DNA from: Clostridia bacterium
GTDB taxonomy: Bacteria; Bacillota; Clostridia; CAKSNL01; HGM11501
Direction: 5' to 3'
Assembly (NCBI GenBank): GCA_045545475.1
Contig: JAZQAZ010000037.1
Coordinates: 1 to 45,380, forward strand
DNA length: 45,380 nucleotides
The translations under genes were made by a program, and so were the position numbers. Below are positions 17,784 through 28,649 of the stretch, piece after piece. Position 1 is the first letter of the stretch, and every line of letters begins with the position of its first letter. The notes under the pieces are model-generated. The model saw only the letters and a program-made list of their open reading frames with translations. It did no database searches and was not told where the DNA came from.

Positions 17784-20504
17784 ATGAAAAGAATTTTGTG
17801 TATTTTGCTTACGGTAGTACTGATGCTTTCCTTCTGCGTAATTTATGCAAATGAAGACATTGTACTGCTTGTTTCGGATGCGGACTACAACAAGGAGGTA
17901 ACCGTAGCAGACGGTGTGGCAAAAAACTTTGCCAGAGGAAAGTATCTTGGCTTCAAGGACGTGGATATGACAGGAATTTCCTCTGTTGATATGTATGCCG
18001 ATGCTAAGGTTGTGGGGTGGTCTAACGGAGCGGCAATGCGAGTGATGATTGACGATCCCGTAACAGGCGATCAGATTGGAACAATCGTGGTAAGCGAATC
18101 CGGCGAAAAATATTCAGCTTATATAGAAAGCGTAAGGGGAATTCACGATGTGTATTTCGTGGAAAGCTATTGGGACGGATTGCTTGATAACTTTTTAGTA
18201 TCAAAGTTCGTGCTTAAAAAGACGGCTTATGAAGATACTGCACTCATCGACTGGGTGTCTGACGACTACATAAAGGATTTCTATGCCGACACATGGGTTG
18301 CGACAGACGATTTTGGCCGTAAGGTGGCAGACTTTGAAGAGGTTGGCGCACCTAAGGAAGACAGAGAAGTAATGATGATGTTCTGGAACTGGCTTTCGGG
18401 AAACGGAACAAGAAATGTGAAAATAATATCGGAGGTTATAAATAAGTATCCGGATGCCATGACAAATGCCAACAGCGAAGCCTGGAAGGGAATGGATGAG
18501 TTTTTCTGGGATGAGTCGGTATACGGCTTTTACTCAAGCTTCGATTATTGGGTATACCGTCAGCAGATAGAGCTTCTCGCAACGGCAGGGGTTGACGCTA
18601 TTATGCTTGACTACACCAATGGCGTAAATATATCAGAGGCTTGGAACATACTGGTAAGAGCGCTTCGGGATGCGAAGAAGGCAGGAATTGATGCTCCGAA
18701 GTTTGCACTTTATGCAGGAAATAAGACTGCAACGGTACAATACGGATTGCTGGCATCAGTGTACAATATAGCTTTTGTGGAGCACGATTTTACAGATGTG
18801 TGGTATCACTTGGACGGAAAGCCTCTTATAATGGGCCCATCAAGTGCAAAGAGTGCTATGGGTGCTGTAAATCCCGCCGATACCGAAGGTGTGGAATTTA
18901 TAAATAATATAACAGACTTTTTCACATGGCGTCCGGGCGGAAGACATACAGAGCCTTCCGACGATGAGCTTTGGGCATGGCTTGAGCCGTTCCCTCAGGG
19001 GGAAAGACGTGGCGGAATTAAAGAAGACGGAAGGCCTGAGATGGTGACAGTGGGAATGGCGGCAAATATTCCGTATTCTCAAGGTGAAAATTATTCATCC
19101 TATGCATTCAGCCTTCCTTATGTAATGGGTAAAAATTATTCATACGCTTTTGGTGAGGATTATTCTCCCGATGCGGACAGAAAAGCATTTTTCTTCCGTG
19201 AACAGGCAAGATTTGCTCTTGAAGCAGATCCCCATATTGTATATGTAACAGGCTGGAATGAGTACACCGCCGACAGACAGAGCGACTTTTACGGATATAA
19301 AAATGTATTTGTAGATACTTTTGACGATGCAAGAAGCCGTGATTTTGAGCCTGTTAAGGGAAGATTGGGGGACGATTATTACAATCTTTTGGTAGATTTC
19401 ATCCGTAAATATAAAGGCGTAAGAAAAGCACCGGTAGCGGGAAATCCTGTTACTGTAGATGTTTTTGGCGATATAAGCCAGTGGGACAGCGTTACACCTT
19501 CTTATTACAATTATGAAGGAATTGACAGAAACGGAACATCAGGCTACTTAAATCCCGAGACAGGCAAGGTTTGGACATATACTACAGAATCGTCAAACCG
19601 TGTGGTATTTTCGAAAGCATCACGTGACAGCGAAAATATTTATTTTATGGCAAAGGCCCCCGAAGGAAAGAGCATAGCATCAACAGCACTTTACATAAAT
19701 GTGGACAGAAATCCCGCAACGGGATGGGAAGGCTTCGACTATGTGGCAGGAAGAGGCGGCACTGCTTCAGTTGAAAGCCTTGCATCTGATAAAACCACAG
19801 CTTACATCGGAGATGCAACTGTTGTAAGAAACGGAAACGTAATGCAGATAAAAATTCCGAGAACATTGATAAATGAAACGGGAACAGCAGATTTTGAATT
19901 CAAGTGGGTTCACGGAGAATTCAGTTCCGTTACCGAGCTTTACAGCCTTTCAAATACGGCACCCGTGGGAAGATTCAGCTATCTTTATACAGAAATTGAG
20001 CAGAAGACTCTGACGGATGAAGAAAGAAAAGCACTCGGAGACGGAAGCATCCTTAAGGCAGGTAGTACAAGGATGATAACCTCCGGAGGAATTATGACGG
20101 TTTATGAAAAAGACACAGCCGTAACGCCCTTTGAAATGAATAATACACTCTACGTTCCCATGGAGACGTTTGAAGAGCTTCTTGTAAACGGAAAAGGCAA
20201 GGTAAGATATAACTACCTTTCAAATATTTTCTACTTCTACAATTATGAATTTACCGAGGACCTTAAGGGCCTTTCTGAAAACAACTGGTATTATACTGTT
20301 GTGGGTTCAAATGAGGCAAGATGCAACGGCGTTTTGACGAATATTTCAGCACCCGTCAGCGTAGTGGGAGATAAAATTTATGTTCCAATAAGCCTTTTTG
20401 CAGAATGTATGGGTAAAAAGGTTACAAATGTTGGCAACGGTGTTTACTTAATCGGGGATGCAGCGGTTGATGCATCGGCTTTAAGTCTTTCGTATATAGG
20501 TTAA
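17784..20504 (+). CDS. Secreted glycoside hydrolase (CBM6/35-like + GH99/GH71-like TIM barrel + copper-amine-oxidase-N-like stalk domain)
   Basis: Signal peptide MKRILCILLTVVLMLSFCVIYA; DTWVATDDFGR, FFWDESVYGFY, LATAGVDAIMLDYTN, VTGWNEY, SRDFEP; C-terminal TLYVPM/KIYVPI. ATG 17784 follows GAGGGA. Confidence 0.7.
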   Translation: MKRILCILLTVVLMLSFCVIYANEDIVLLVSDADYNKEVTVADGVAKNFARGKYLGFKDVDMTGISSVDMYADAKVVGWSNGAAMRVMIDDPVTGDQIGTIVVSESGEKYSAYIESVRGIHDVYFVESYWDGLLDNFLVSKFVLKKTAYEDTALIDWVSDDYIKDFYADTWVATDDFGRKVADFEEVGAPKEDREVMMMFWNWLSGNGTRNVKIISEVINKYPDAMTNANSEAWKGMDEFFWDESVYGFYSSFDYWVYRQQIELLATAGVDAIMLDYTNGVNISEAWNILVRALRDAKKAGIDAPKFALYAGNKTATVQYGLLASVYNIAFVEHDFTDVWYHLDGKPLIMGPSSAKSAMGAVNPADTEGVEFINNITDFFTWRPGGRHTEPSDDELWAWLEPFPQGERRGGIKEDGRPEMVTVGMAANIPYSQGENYSSYAFSLPYVMGKNYSYAFGEDYSPDADRKAFFFREQARFALEADPHIVYVTGWNEYTADRQSDFYGYKNVFVDTFDDARSRDFEPVKGRLGDDYYNLLVDFIRKYKGVRKAPVAGNPVTVDVFGDISQWDSVTPSYYNYEGIDRNGTSGYLNPETGKVWTYTTESSNRVVFSKASRDSENIYFMAKAPEGKSIASTALYINVDRNPATGWEGFDYVAGRGGTASVESLASDKTTAYIGDATVVRNGNVMQIKIPRTLINETGTADFEFKWVHGEFSSVTELYSLSNTAPVGRFSYLYTEIEQKTLTDEERKALGDGSILKAGSTRMITSGGIMTVYEKDTAVTPFEMNNTLYVPMETFEELLVNGKGKVRYNYLSNIFYFYNYEFTEDLKGLSENNWYYTVVGSNEARCNGVLTNISAPVSVVGDKIYVPISLFAECMGKKVTNVGNGVYLIGDAAVDASALSLSYIG

Positions 20505-20517
20505 GGAGGGATTTTGG

Positions 20518-21342
20518 TTGAACAAATTAGGTATTATATTTTCGCTTGAAAATATCTTAAACGAAAAAACCGAAGACCTTTTCAGCTTTGGTCTTGACAC
20601 GGTTCAGCTTAGCTGCTGGTGTCCTGAAAATCTTACATTGGAAAATGCGGAAAAGGTCAAGAAAATTCTTGCGAAGGGGAATCTTACAGCAACATCCGTA
20701 TGGGGCGGCTGGTCAGGCCCTGCTGTATGGAACTTTGTTTCGGGACCTAAGACGCTTGGTCTCGTTCCGAAGGAATATCGCTTCCACAGAATGCAGGAAT
20801 TAAGACGTGCCGTTGACTTTGCTGCGGCAGTCGGTGCTACGGATATGGCAACTCATATGGGTTTCATTCCGGAACAGCCCTGCTATGAAGAATACAGAGG
20901 CCTGGTTGAAGCGGTAAAATGGGTTGGTACTTATGCAAAGAGCAAGGGAATATGGTTCAATTTTGAAACAGGCCAGGAAACTCCCACAACCTTGATGAGA
21001 ACAATTGCTGATACAGGTCTTGATAACCTTGGCGTAAACCTGGATCCTGCAAACCTCATTATGTACGGCAGAGCAAACCCCGTTGATGCTGTAGGTATTT
21101 ACGGCGACAGGATAAGAGGTGTGCATCTTAAGGACGGCAACTATCCGACAGGCGACTTCTCAAAGCTCGGTTGCGAAACAAAGGTTGGAGAAGGATCGGT
21201 AAACTATCCCGCATTCATCAATAAGCTCGTTAAGGAACAGGGCTATAAAGGTGACCTTTATATCGAAAGAGAAATTTCCGGTGCACAGCAGATTGCGGAT
21301 ATCAAGGACACGATCGTATATATAAAAGAACTACTCAGATAA
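20518..21342 (+). CDS. Sugar phosphate isomerase/epimerase (xylose isomerase-like TIM barrel)
   Basis: THMGFIPE, FETGQE, NLDPANL, VHLKDG, YIERE; AAGGAGG + TTG start. Confidence 0.9.
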   Translation: MNKLGIIFSLENILNEKTEDLFSFGLDTVQLSCWCPENLTLENAEKVKKILAKGNLTATSVWGGWSGPAVWNFVSGPKTLGLVPKEYRFHRMQELRRAVDFAAAVGATDMATHMGFIPEQPCYEEYRGLVEAVKWVGTYAKSKGIWFNFETGQETPTTLMRTIADTGLDNLGVNLDPANLIMYGRANPVDAVGIYGDRIRGVHLKDGNYPTGDFSKLGCETKVGEGSVNYPAFINKLVKEQGYKGDLYIEREISGAQQIADIKDTIVYIKELLR

Positions 21343-21434
21343 AAAATAGTGTTAACGGTTGCACTAATCGGTTATGTCAGACCGGATAAAATATGCATTT
21401 TTCATCTGACTTAACAAAATGTGGAGGAATTGAT

Positions 21435-24400
21435 ATGAGTATTAAGAAAAATACAATAGCTTCGCTTTTTCTGGCAATGGCATTGTTTTTCAGCATTATA
21501 CCGCTATATGCAAGTGGTGACGTTTGTCAGAACGATGCGACGGGCAAGAAATATTCCGCAATAAAAGATGCAATGTATGAAGCAAACGGAAAAACCATAA
21601 CTCTCCTTTCGGACACTTATCTGCCCGCCGGAAACCTTGGAACAAACGGCTACACCTTGAAGGGAAACGGTCATAAGCTTATTTTGGAGGGAGATGTTAC
21701 ACTCCTTAGCGAAAAAGGAGCGGTTTTCCAGGATATCACAATTGACTTAAGCGGATTTCACTTCGCAGTAACCGAAAACTCGGGAGACAGTGTCATTACC
21801 CTCGGAAATGGAACTATCGTTGAAAACGGCTCGGGTACAAACGGCGGTGCGTTTTTGGTTAATGCAGGTGCGGAAGTAATAATGGAAGACGGAGCCGTTG
21901 TAAGAAATTCTGTTGCGGCAAAAGGCAGCGGCGGCGGTTTCTTCTTAAACGGCGGAACGCTTATAATGAAAGGCGGAACAATTGAAAACTGCAGCAGTAT
22001 AAACCGAGGCGGCGGTGTTCTTGTAAACGAAACGGGAACATTAAAGCTTTCAGGAAGTGCAAAAATTATAAACAATAAAAGTACAAGCGGTCAGAGAGGC
22101 CCGGTAAACAATGTGGAAGTAAGAGATGCCGACGGATTTATTCTTTCGGGAGCCTTTACAGGAAGTGCAGGTCTTCGATATGACGAAGGCGGCGAAGGCG
22201 TTCCCTTCGGTATTATTGAAGGAAATGTTTCGGGTGCCGATAAAATTTTATGGGATATTGATAATTCCTTAGTCGGATCTGTAAGCGGAACAAATCTTGT
22301 GATAGCAAAAGGCGGAAGTGCCAACAGCTCCGGCACAAGCACAAGTTCATCGGAAAATTCCGGAACAGCTTCCGGTAAAACAGAAATCGTTCCAGGCGGA
22401 GATGTATGTTATATAGGAAACGATTTGGGCTCGGGAATTAAATATTCCGACCTTAAAACCGCTTTATATGCGGCAAACGGAAAAACCGTTCATCTTCTTA
22501 AAAATACTTATCTTCCCGCAGGAAACATCGGAACAAACGGCTATGTGATAGACGGAACCAATATAGACGGCGGCGAAAACTTCAAACTTCTTGCAGAAGG
22601 CGATGTAACACTGCTTAACGATAAGGGAGCAATCTTTACCAACGTAACCGTTGACCTTAATTCTCACCACATTAACGTAAGTACCACAGGCTCGCCCTGT
22701 AAGGTGATTCTTAAAGAGGGTGCGGTGTTTGAAAACGGCTCCGGAACAAACGGCGGTGCATTTTTGGTTAATGCAGGAACTGAAGTAATTATGGAAGAAG
22801 GAGCCATTGTAAGAAACTCTGTTGCGGCGAAGGGAAGTGGCGGTGGCTTCTTCTTAAACGGCGGAACGCTTACCATGAACGGCGGAAGCATAGAAAACTG
22901 CAGCAGTATAAACCGAGGCGGCGGAATAATTGTAAATGAAACCGGTACGCTTATACTGACGGGCAATGCAAAGGTTGTAAACAATAAGAGCACCAGCGAA
23001 CAAAGAGGCCCGGTAAACAACATTGAAATAAGAGACGGCGACGGCCTTATATTAAAGGGTGCATTTACCGGAACTGCAGGCATAAGCTACGACGAAGGAA
23101 CCGTCGGAGTTGCAATCGGGATAGCCGAAGGCGGTGCAAGCGGAGCGGAAAAGCTTATCTTCGATAAGGATAATACGGTAAAGGGAAGCATAGCTGACGG
23201 AAAAATTGTACTTACAAAGGGCGACGGCACACCTACTCCCGTAGGAAACGGAAAGCCCCTTTGCTACATCGGTACAAATAAGGGTAAAACCTACACCAAT
23301 TTATCCGAGGCGATAAAAGCATCAAAGGGCGAAACAGTTTACCTTATGGGTGATATGAGCCTTAACACAGGCGGTTCAAGCTACAGTGCAATTATTGCAA
23401 ATATCGACGGTGGCGGCTATAAAATCAAGGCGGAAAGCGAAATCAAGCTTATCTACGGCTCCCACCTGAAGTTCACTAATGCAACCATTGACCTTAATAA
23501 CAAAAATCACTTTGTACTCCAGTATACAGGAAAGCTTACTTTGGGAAAGGGTACCATAGTTGAAAATGGTAAGGCGTCCAACGGCGGTGCGGTACTCATT
23601 TATCCCGAAGGCGAAATGTATATGGAAGAGGGAAGCTTAGTCAGAAACAACACCTGCGATGGCGGTGGCGGAGGTATCCGTGTTCACGGCGGACTTCTTG
23701 TTATGAAGGGCGGAACGGTTACCGGGAACACTTCAAACTCGGGAAGCGGTATCGGCGTAAGTGAAAACGGAAGACTGGTTCTTTCCGGAAATGCCAAAGT
23801 CGAAGGTAATATCAACAAGGCAGGTGTTGAAGAAAACATAAGACTCGACTCCAAGGATTACTTAATCTTAAATGGAGAATTTATAGGCTCAGCCGGTGTC
23901 ACAATGGCAACTGATGCTAAGGAAGGCAGTGCCTTCGGCTTAGCAAACGGTGCTGTTAAGGGAGCAAAGAAGCTTTACCTTGATTCTGACAAGAGTCTTT
24001 CAGGTTCCGTAAGCGGAAACGAGCTTGTTTTTGCTAAAACGGCATCTGCAAAGGATTCGGGAACGGGCGAAGTTGTATATAGCGAGCCTGACGGTATAGG
24101 CTATGTTGACAAAAAGGACTGGAAGGTGGAAATAAATTCAGGTAACCCCGTAAACTGGCCCCGTTTAATCGACGGTTCGCTTGTTACCTACTGGCATTCG
24201 GGATATACCGTTGAAAACAACGCCATTGTTGCAAAGGACGATCCGCCTTTCAATATTGATATAACTCTTCCTGAAGAAACCGTGATTTCTGGCTTTGGTT
24301 TTGCTAACCGCCCCGACGGCGGAGCAGGAAAAGTTGCTCACTTAAAGTTCTTCATTGAGGAAAACGGAGAATTCAAGGAAGCAGGAGATTATAAGGTAGG

Positions 24401-25415
24401 ACAGATAAACGGCTTAAGACGAGAATTTTTCACCTGTAACATAAAAACAAAAAAGGTAAGAGTTCAGATACTTGACGGAATGGGCGGTTACGGTTCGCTG
24501 GCAGAAATTGAGCTTATTTCGGAAAATAAAAATCTTAAAACAGCCAAAGATTACGAAGACTTCCTTAAAATAACAAAGGAAGACGGACTTTATAAAATTG
24601 ATAAGTCAAAGGCTTCAGCGTATTACGAAGGAGAAGTATGGGGAGGCCGTATAATACAGAACGTAATCGACGGTGAAGATACATGCTTCCAGAATCAGCC
24701 TAAGACAGGTGAACTTGAAATTTTAATAGACCTGGGGGAAAGCTATAATTTAGAGGCTATAAGTCATCAGCCGAGACTGGACGATTCTCCCGGCTACTGG
24801 TACAATTACACGATTTATGCGTCAAGCGACGGAGAAAATTATGAAGAAGTAAAGAAAACATTCCTTCGCGATTTCTCATACGACATTGTATTTGACCACT
24901 TTGATGAAACGGTAACGGCAAGATATTTCAAGTTTGCAATACACCGCGGCTACAACGGAATAATGAGCTGTACGGAAATTGATTTTTATGAGTCATATGA
25001 AGAACAGACAAGACGAATTGAAGAAAGCCGCGAAATTTACAAGCTTGTTATCGGGGATAAAAACATCACTCACAAAAACGGCACGGTAACTCTTGATACC
25101 GCACCTTACATAGAAAACGGCACTACATTTATTCCTTTAAGAGGACTCTTAGAGCTTATGGGTGCAGAAATAGCGTGGAGCGACAGAGAGCAGGGAATAA
25201 CGATTACAAAAGACGACATAAAAATTTATCTGCAGATAAGATACGAGACAGTTAAGGTAACCACACCCACCTACGGCGAGGTAAGGTATAATCTTTTGGC
25301 AGAGCCCAGAATAACTGATAACCGTACCTTCGTCCCGATAAGATTTATATCCGAACAGCTTGGATATAATGTATCCTGGGATGGCGAAACTAAAACGGTT
25401 ACCATAACCAATTAA
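21435..25415 (+). CDS. Secreted protein: 3 beta-helix modules + 2 F5/8-type C (CBM32-like) + copper-amine-oxidase-N-like stalk domain
   Basis: Signal peptide from ATG 21435 (GGAGG RBS); GGA/GGG repeats; LIDG..TYWHS; APYIENGTTFIPLR and RTFVPIRFISEQLGYNVSWD. Confidence 0.85.
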   Translation: MSIKKNTIASLFLAMALFFSIIPLYASGDVCQNDATGKKYSAIKDAMYEANGKTITLLSDTYLPAGNLGTNGYTLKGNGHKLILEGDVTLLSEKGAVFQDITIDLSGFHFAVTENSGDSVITLGNGTIVENGSGTNGGAFLVNAGAEVIMEDGAVVRNSVAAKGSGGGFFLNGGTLIMKGGTIENCSSINRGGGVLVNETGTLKLSGSAKIINNKSTSGQRGPVNNVEVRDADGFILSGAFTGSAGLRYDEGGEGVPFGIIEGNVSGADKILWDIDNSLVGSVSGTNLVIAKGGSANSSGTSTSSSENSGTASGKTEIVPGGDVCYIGNDLGSGIKYSDLKTALYAANGKTVHLLKNTYLPAGNIGTNGYVIDGTNIDGGENFKLLAEGDVTLLNDKGAIFTNVTVDLNSHHINVSTTGSPCKVILKEGAVFENGSGTNGGAFLVNAGTEVIMEEGAIVRNSVAAKGSGGGFFLNGGTLTMNGGSIENCSSINRGGGIIVNETGTLILTGNAKVVNNKSTSEQRGPVNNIEIRDGDGLILKGAFTGTAGISYDEGTVGVAIGIAEGGASGAEKLIFDKDNTVKGSIADGKIVLTKGDGTPTPVGNGKPLCYIGTNKGKTYTNLSEAIKASKGETVYLMGDMSLNTGGSSYSAIIANIDGGGYKIKAESEIKLIYGSHLKFTNATIDLNNKNHFVLQYTGKLTLGKGTIVENGKASNGGAVLIYPEGEMYMEEGSLVRNNTCDGGGGGIRVHGGLLVMKGGTVTGNTSNSGSGIGVSENGRLVLSGNAKVEGNINKAGVEENIRLDSKDYLILNGEFIGSAGVTMATDAKEGSAFGLANGAVKGAKKLYLDSDKSLSGSVSGNELVFAKTASAKDSGTGEVVYSEPDGIGYVDKKDWKVEINSGNPVNWPRLIDGSLVTYWHSGYTVENNAIVAKDDPPFNIDITLPEETVISGFGFANRPDGGAGKVAHLKFFIEENGEFKEAGDYKVGQINGLRREFFTCNIKTKKVRVQILDGMGGYGSLAEIELISENKNLKTAKDYEDFLKITKEDGLYKIDKSKASAYYEGEVWGGRIIQNVIDGEDTCFQNQPKTGELEILIDLGESYNLEAISHQPRLDDSPGYWYNYTIYASSDGENYEEVKKTFLRDFSYDIVFDHFDETVTARYFKFAIHRGYNGIMSCTEIDFYESYEEQTRRIEESREIYKLVIGDKNITHKNGTVTLDTAPYIENGTTFIPLRGLLELMGAEIAWSDREQGITITKDDIKIYLQIRYETVKVTTPTYGEVRYNLLAEPRITDNRTFVPIRFISEQLGYNVSWDGETKTVTITN

Positions 25416-25434
25416 AAAAGTGGAGGAAACAAAA

Positions 25435-28400
25435 ATGAAAAGAAAAATGAAATTTTTGGCTTTACTTGTCTGTGCAGCTATGATTTTTTTCGGCATAAGT
25501 GTATTTGCAACAGTAACAGATGCCGAAGATATTATTATTGAAGAGGAAATCATTGAAACAGAAGAGCTTCCTGAGATTGCGGAATTTTCGGAAGAAGCAG
25601 AGCTTTTCGCAGAAGGCGCTGTGTGCTATATAGGCGATGACACAGAAAATACATATACCTCTCTTAATACAGCTATTTATAATGCGAACGGCGAAACAAT
25701 ACATCTTTTAAGCGATGCTACATTAGAGGCGGCAACCAATCTCGGAACAAGTGGAGGATATGTAATTGACGGAACAGGCGAGAATGACGAAAACTATACA
25801 ATTACACTTTCCGGAGAGGTTGCTATAGCTAATGAACATTCAGGAACTCTTACTAATGTTAATGTGGATATGGCAGGCTACCGCTTTGATATAAAGGGTA
25901 CAACCGTGTTTACATTGGGAAGCGGCACAATTGTTGAAAACGGTGGCGGAAGCGACGGCGGTACAGCAATCGTAAGAAGCGGTGCTACATTAAACATCGA
26001 AGAAGGATGTATAATAAGAAACTCTACTGCATCTGCTAACGGCGGAGCGCTTCACGTAAGAGGAACTGTCAATATGAGTGGCGGAAGCATAGAAAACTGT
26101 AAGTCGGCAAACAGAGGCGGTGCAGTTGCTCTTTACGAAGATGGTGTAATGAAAATTTCCGGTAATGCAACAATTACGGGAAATATAAGCACAGCAAAGG
26201 GCGAAACAAACGTAGAAGTACGTGATGCAGATTCTTTAATCCTTGCAGATGATTTTACGGGAACTGTCGGCATAAGCTATGACTCGGGTGCCAAGGGAGT
26301 AGCATTTGCTATTGCCGATGTAGGTGCAACGGGTGCTGAAAATCTTATATATGATGAAACAGAAGCCTATGTCGGATACATAAAAGACGGTACAATTTAT
26401 TTCGTTGAAGACGGTATATGCTATATTGGCGAAGACAGACTTACGGGAACTTTTTATGAAACACTTAACGATGCTATTGCCGCTGTTGACAAAAGCGGAG
26501 TAGTTATTCATCTTGCAGGAAATGCAACCCTTCCCGGAGAAACTACCTCAACGAATCAGTACGGTTATACAATTGACGGAACAGCAACAGGTGAAAACTA
26601 TAAAATTACGCTTTCCGGACAGTACACAATCCAGAATGTTGCAGAATTTAAGTTTACCAATGTTACTTTAGACCTTAATCAGAACAATATCAATGTAAAG
26701 AGAACAGGAAGCAACTTGTGTAAAGTTGTATTGGGAGACGGTGCATCATGGATAAATGGTAATCGTGCATCCGGCTCTTACGGCGGTGCTGCTTATATGT
26801 ATGCAAATACAGAACTTATTATGGAAGAAGGAAGCTCTGTTAAAAACTGTACTGCATATAACGGTGGAGGCGCATTTTTCGTTGCTGACAATGCAAGCCT
26901 TACAATGGAAGGCGGAAGCATAACGGCATGCTCTGCTTACGGTCGTGGTGGCGGTGTGCTTGTAAGCACAAACGGTAAAATTTATATTTCAGGAAACGCC
27001 GAAATCACGGGAAACAACAGTACAGCGAATGGCGATAATCTTGAAATCCGTGATAATGATTCACTTGAACTTACCGGAGATTTTACAGGATCTATCGGTG
27101 TTACGGTAGATAACGGAGCAAAGGGAGCACCTTTTGCCCTTGCCGGAAATGATGTAACAGGTGCAGAAAACTTATATCTTGAGTCTGACAGCAGTATTAC
27201 GGGAACAAATCTTAATGGTGTACTTTTCTTCAAAGGAACAGAAGATTTCAGTTGTTATATTTCTGTCTCCTCTGTGCCCACTAAAGCTTATGAGAATGTT
27301 ATAGACGGAATCAAAGCTGCAGAAGGAAATACTGTACATCTTATTAAAAATGCAACTCTTCCTGCGGGAAATCTCGGCACATCAGGCTACGTTCTGGATG
27401 GAGCAGGAAAATACACAGTTGCTCTTTCGGGCGACGTTACAATTCTTAATGAAGCAGGAGCAGAATTTAAGAATATTACCGTTGACTTGATGCAGCATCA
27501 TTTTGCTGTAACAACCAATAACGGAAAAGGAAGCATACTTATATTCGGAGACGGAGCGGTTGTAATAAACGGTAAGGCAGCAAATGGTGGTGCAGCGATA
27601 ATAAATTCGGGTGCCACAGTAAACATTAAACCGGGAAGTGTAGTTAAAGACTGTACTTCAACCGGAAACGCCGGTGCATTCCATGTAAACGGCGGAACAT
27701 TTAATATGACCGGCGGAACGATTACAAACTGCACTACAGCTAACCGAGGTGGCGGTATCCTGGTTGTTGAAGGCGGAACACTCAATCTGTCAGGAAATGC
27801 CACTGTTATGGGAAACACCAGCTCTTATGGTGCGAGAGGTCCCGTAAACAACATTGAAATCCGTGATTTTGACTCCCTTAATATTGCAGGCGATTTTTCG
27901 GGCGAGGTTGGTATTTCCTACTATGATAACACTACCTTTACTGCGGCAGTGGATTCTGCTTTCGGTACTGCGGCTACAGGTGTTACAATTGAAAAAATAG
28001 AAAATATTAAGGCTGACAAGGCAGAACTTTATGCATATATTGACGGAAACAGTCTTAAGTGGACAAGTAAGCCTTCTGTTAGCGTTCAGGCAGACTCCGG
28101 TGTATACAGCGATAAAACCGGTGTAATACGTTTCCTTACCACCTTTGAAAGCGTATCTCCTGCGGCGGTTTCAAACTACGGAACATACGCTCTTGCAACG
28201 GATGAATTTGATATTGAAAGCGATGCATCAGTGCTCACTAAGTTCTGTAGCTTTGATGTAACACCCGGAAACGGAAAAGCTTATATAGTTGATATTGTGG
28301 AAATCCCTGAAGATAAAACAGAGACTCTTATTTCGGGAATAAGCTTTGTGAAGATAAAAGGGGTAGCGACACCTTGTTATATGCCCTATGAAAAATGCAT

Positions 28401-28464
28401 AAGCGTTGCAAGCTGTAACGGCACAATTAAAAATCTGGGCATTAAGCCTGTAAGCGGAAATTAA
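25435..28464 (+). CDS. Secreted protein: 3 beta-helix modules + C-terminal G-V-I-R-F domain
   Basis: Signal peptide MKRKMKFLALLVCAAMIFFGISVFA, acidic linker, three CYI-initiated modules, ~130-aa C-terminal domain. Confidence 0.85.
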   Translation: MKRKMKFLALLVCAAMIFFGISVFATVTDAEDIIIEEEIIETEELPEIAEFSEEAELFAEGAVCYIGDDTENTYTSLNTAIYNANGETIHLLSDATLEAATNLGTSGGYVIDGTGENDENYTITLSGEVAIANEHSGTLTNVNVDMAGYRFDIKGTTVFTLGSGTIVENGGGSDGGTAIVRSGATLNIEEGCIIRNSTASANGGALHVRGTVNMSGGSIENCKSANRGGAVALYEDGVMKISGNATITGNISTAKGETNVEVRDADSLILADDFTGTVGISYDSGAKGVAFAIADVGATGAENLIYDETEAYVGYIKDGTIYFVEDGICYIGEDRLTGTFYETLNDAIAAVDKSGVVIHLAGNATLPGETTSTNQYGYTIDGTATGENYKITLSGQYTIQNVAEFKFTNVTLDLNQNNINVKRTGSNLCKVVLGDGASWINGNRASGSYGGAAYMYANTELIMEEGSSVKNCTAYNGGGAFFVADNASLTMEGGSITACSAYGRGGGVLVSTNGKIYISGNAEITGNNSTANGDNLEIRDNDSLELTGDFTGSIGVTVDNGAKGAPFALAGNDVTGAENLYLESDSSITGTNLNGVLFFKGTEDFSCYISVSSVPTKAYENVIDGIKAAEGNTVHLIKNATLPAGNLGTSGYVLDGAGKYTVALSGDVTILNEAGAEFKNITVDLMQHHFAVTTNNGKGSILIFGDGAVVINGKAANGGAAIINSGATVNIKPGSVVKDCTSTGNAGAFHVNGGTFNMTGGTITNCTTANRGGGILVVEGGTLNLSGNATVMGNTSSYGARGPVNNIEIRDFDSLNIAGDFSGEVGISYYDNTTFTAAVDSAFGTAATGVTIEKIENIKADKAELYAYIDGNSLKWTSKPSVSVQADSGVYSDKTGVIRFLTTFESVSPAAVSNYGTYALATDEFDIESDASVLTKFCSFDVTPGNGKAYIVDIVEIPEDKTETLISGISFVKIKGVATPCYMPYEKCISVASCNGTIKNLGIKPVSGN
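25618..26276 (+). repeat. DNA-level duplication of first beta-helix module (other copy 28773-29431)
   Basis: Long identical runs such as ggtggcggaagcgacggcggtacagcaatcgtaagaagcgg and ggaaatataagcacagcaaagggcgaaacaaacgtagaagtacgtgatgc. Confidence 0.9.
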
Positions 28465-28478
28465 GGGAGGGCTTTGTG

Positions 28479-28637
28479 ATGAAAAAATTAAAGAAAAAAT
28501 ATGAAAGCCCTGCTTTAAGCATAACAGAGCTTGAAGTAGAGGATGTTATTCTTGTAAGCGGTCTTGATGCTCTTATTACAGCAGATGATGTCCTGGGTCA
28601 GGGAAAGATTCAGTGGATAGAAATTGACCTTAATTAA
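28479..28637 (+). CDS. 52-aa peptide with YxxPxL...EDVIxxSG leader-like motif
   Basis: GGGAGG RBS at 28465-28470; MKKLKKKYESPALSITELEVEDVILVSGLDALITADDVLGQGKIQWIEIDLN*; missed by ORF track. Confidence 0.85.
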   Translation: MKKLKKKYESPALSITELEVEDVILVSGLDALITADDVLGQGKIQWIEIDLN

Positions 28638-28649
28638 AAATGACTTAAA

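Noticed and set aside
28479-28637. Bona fide lasso peptide cluster
   Set aside because: No B/C maturation enzymes or transporter in the window, and no Thr at the -2 position before G28.
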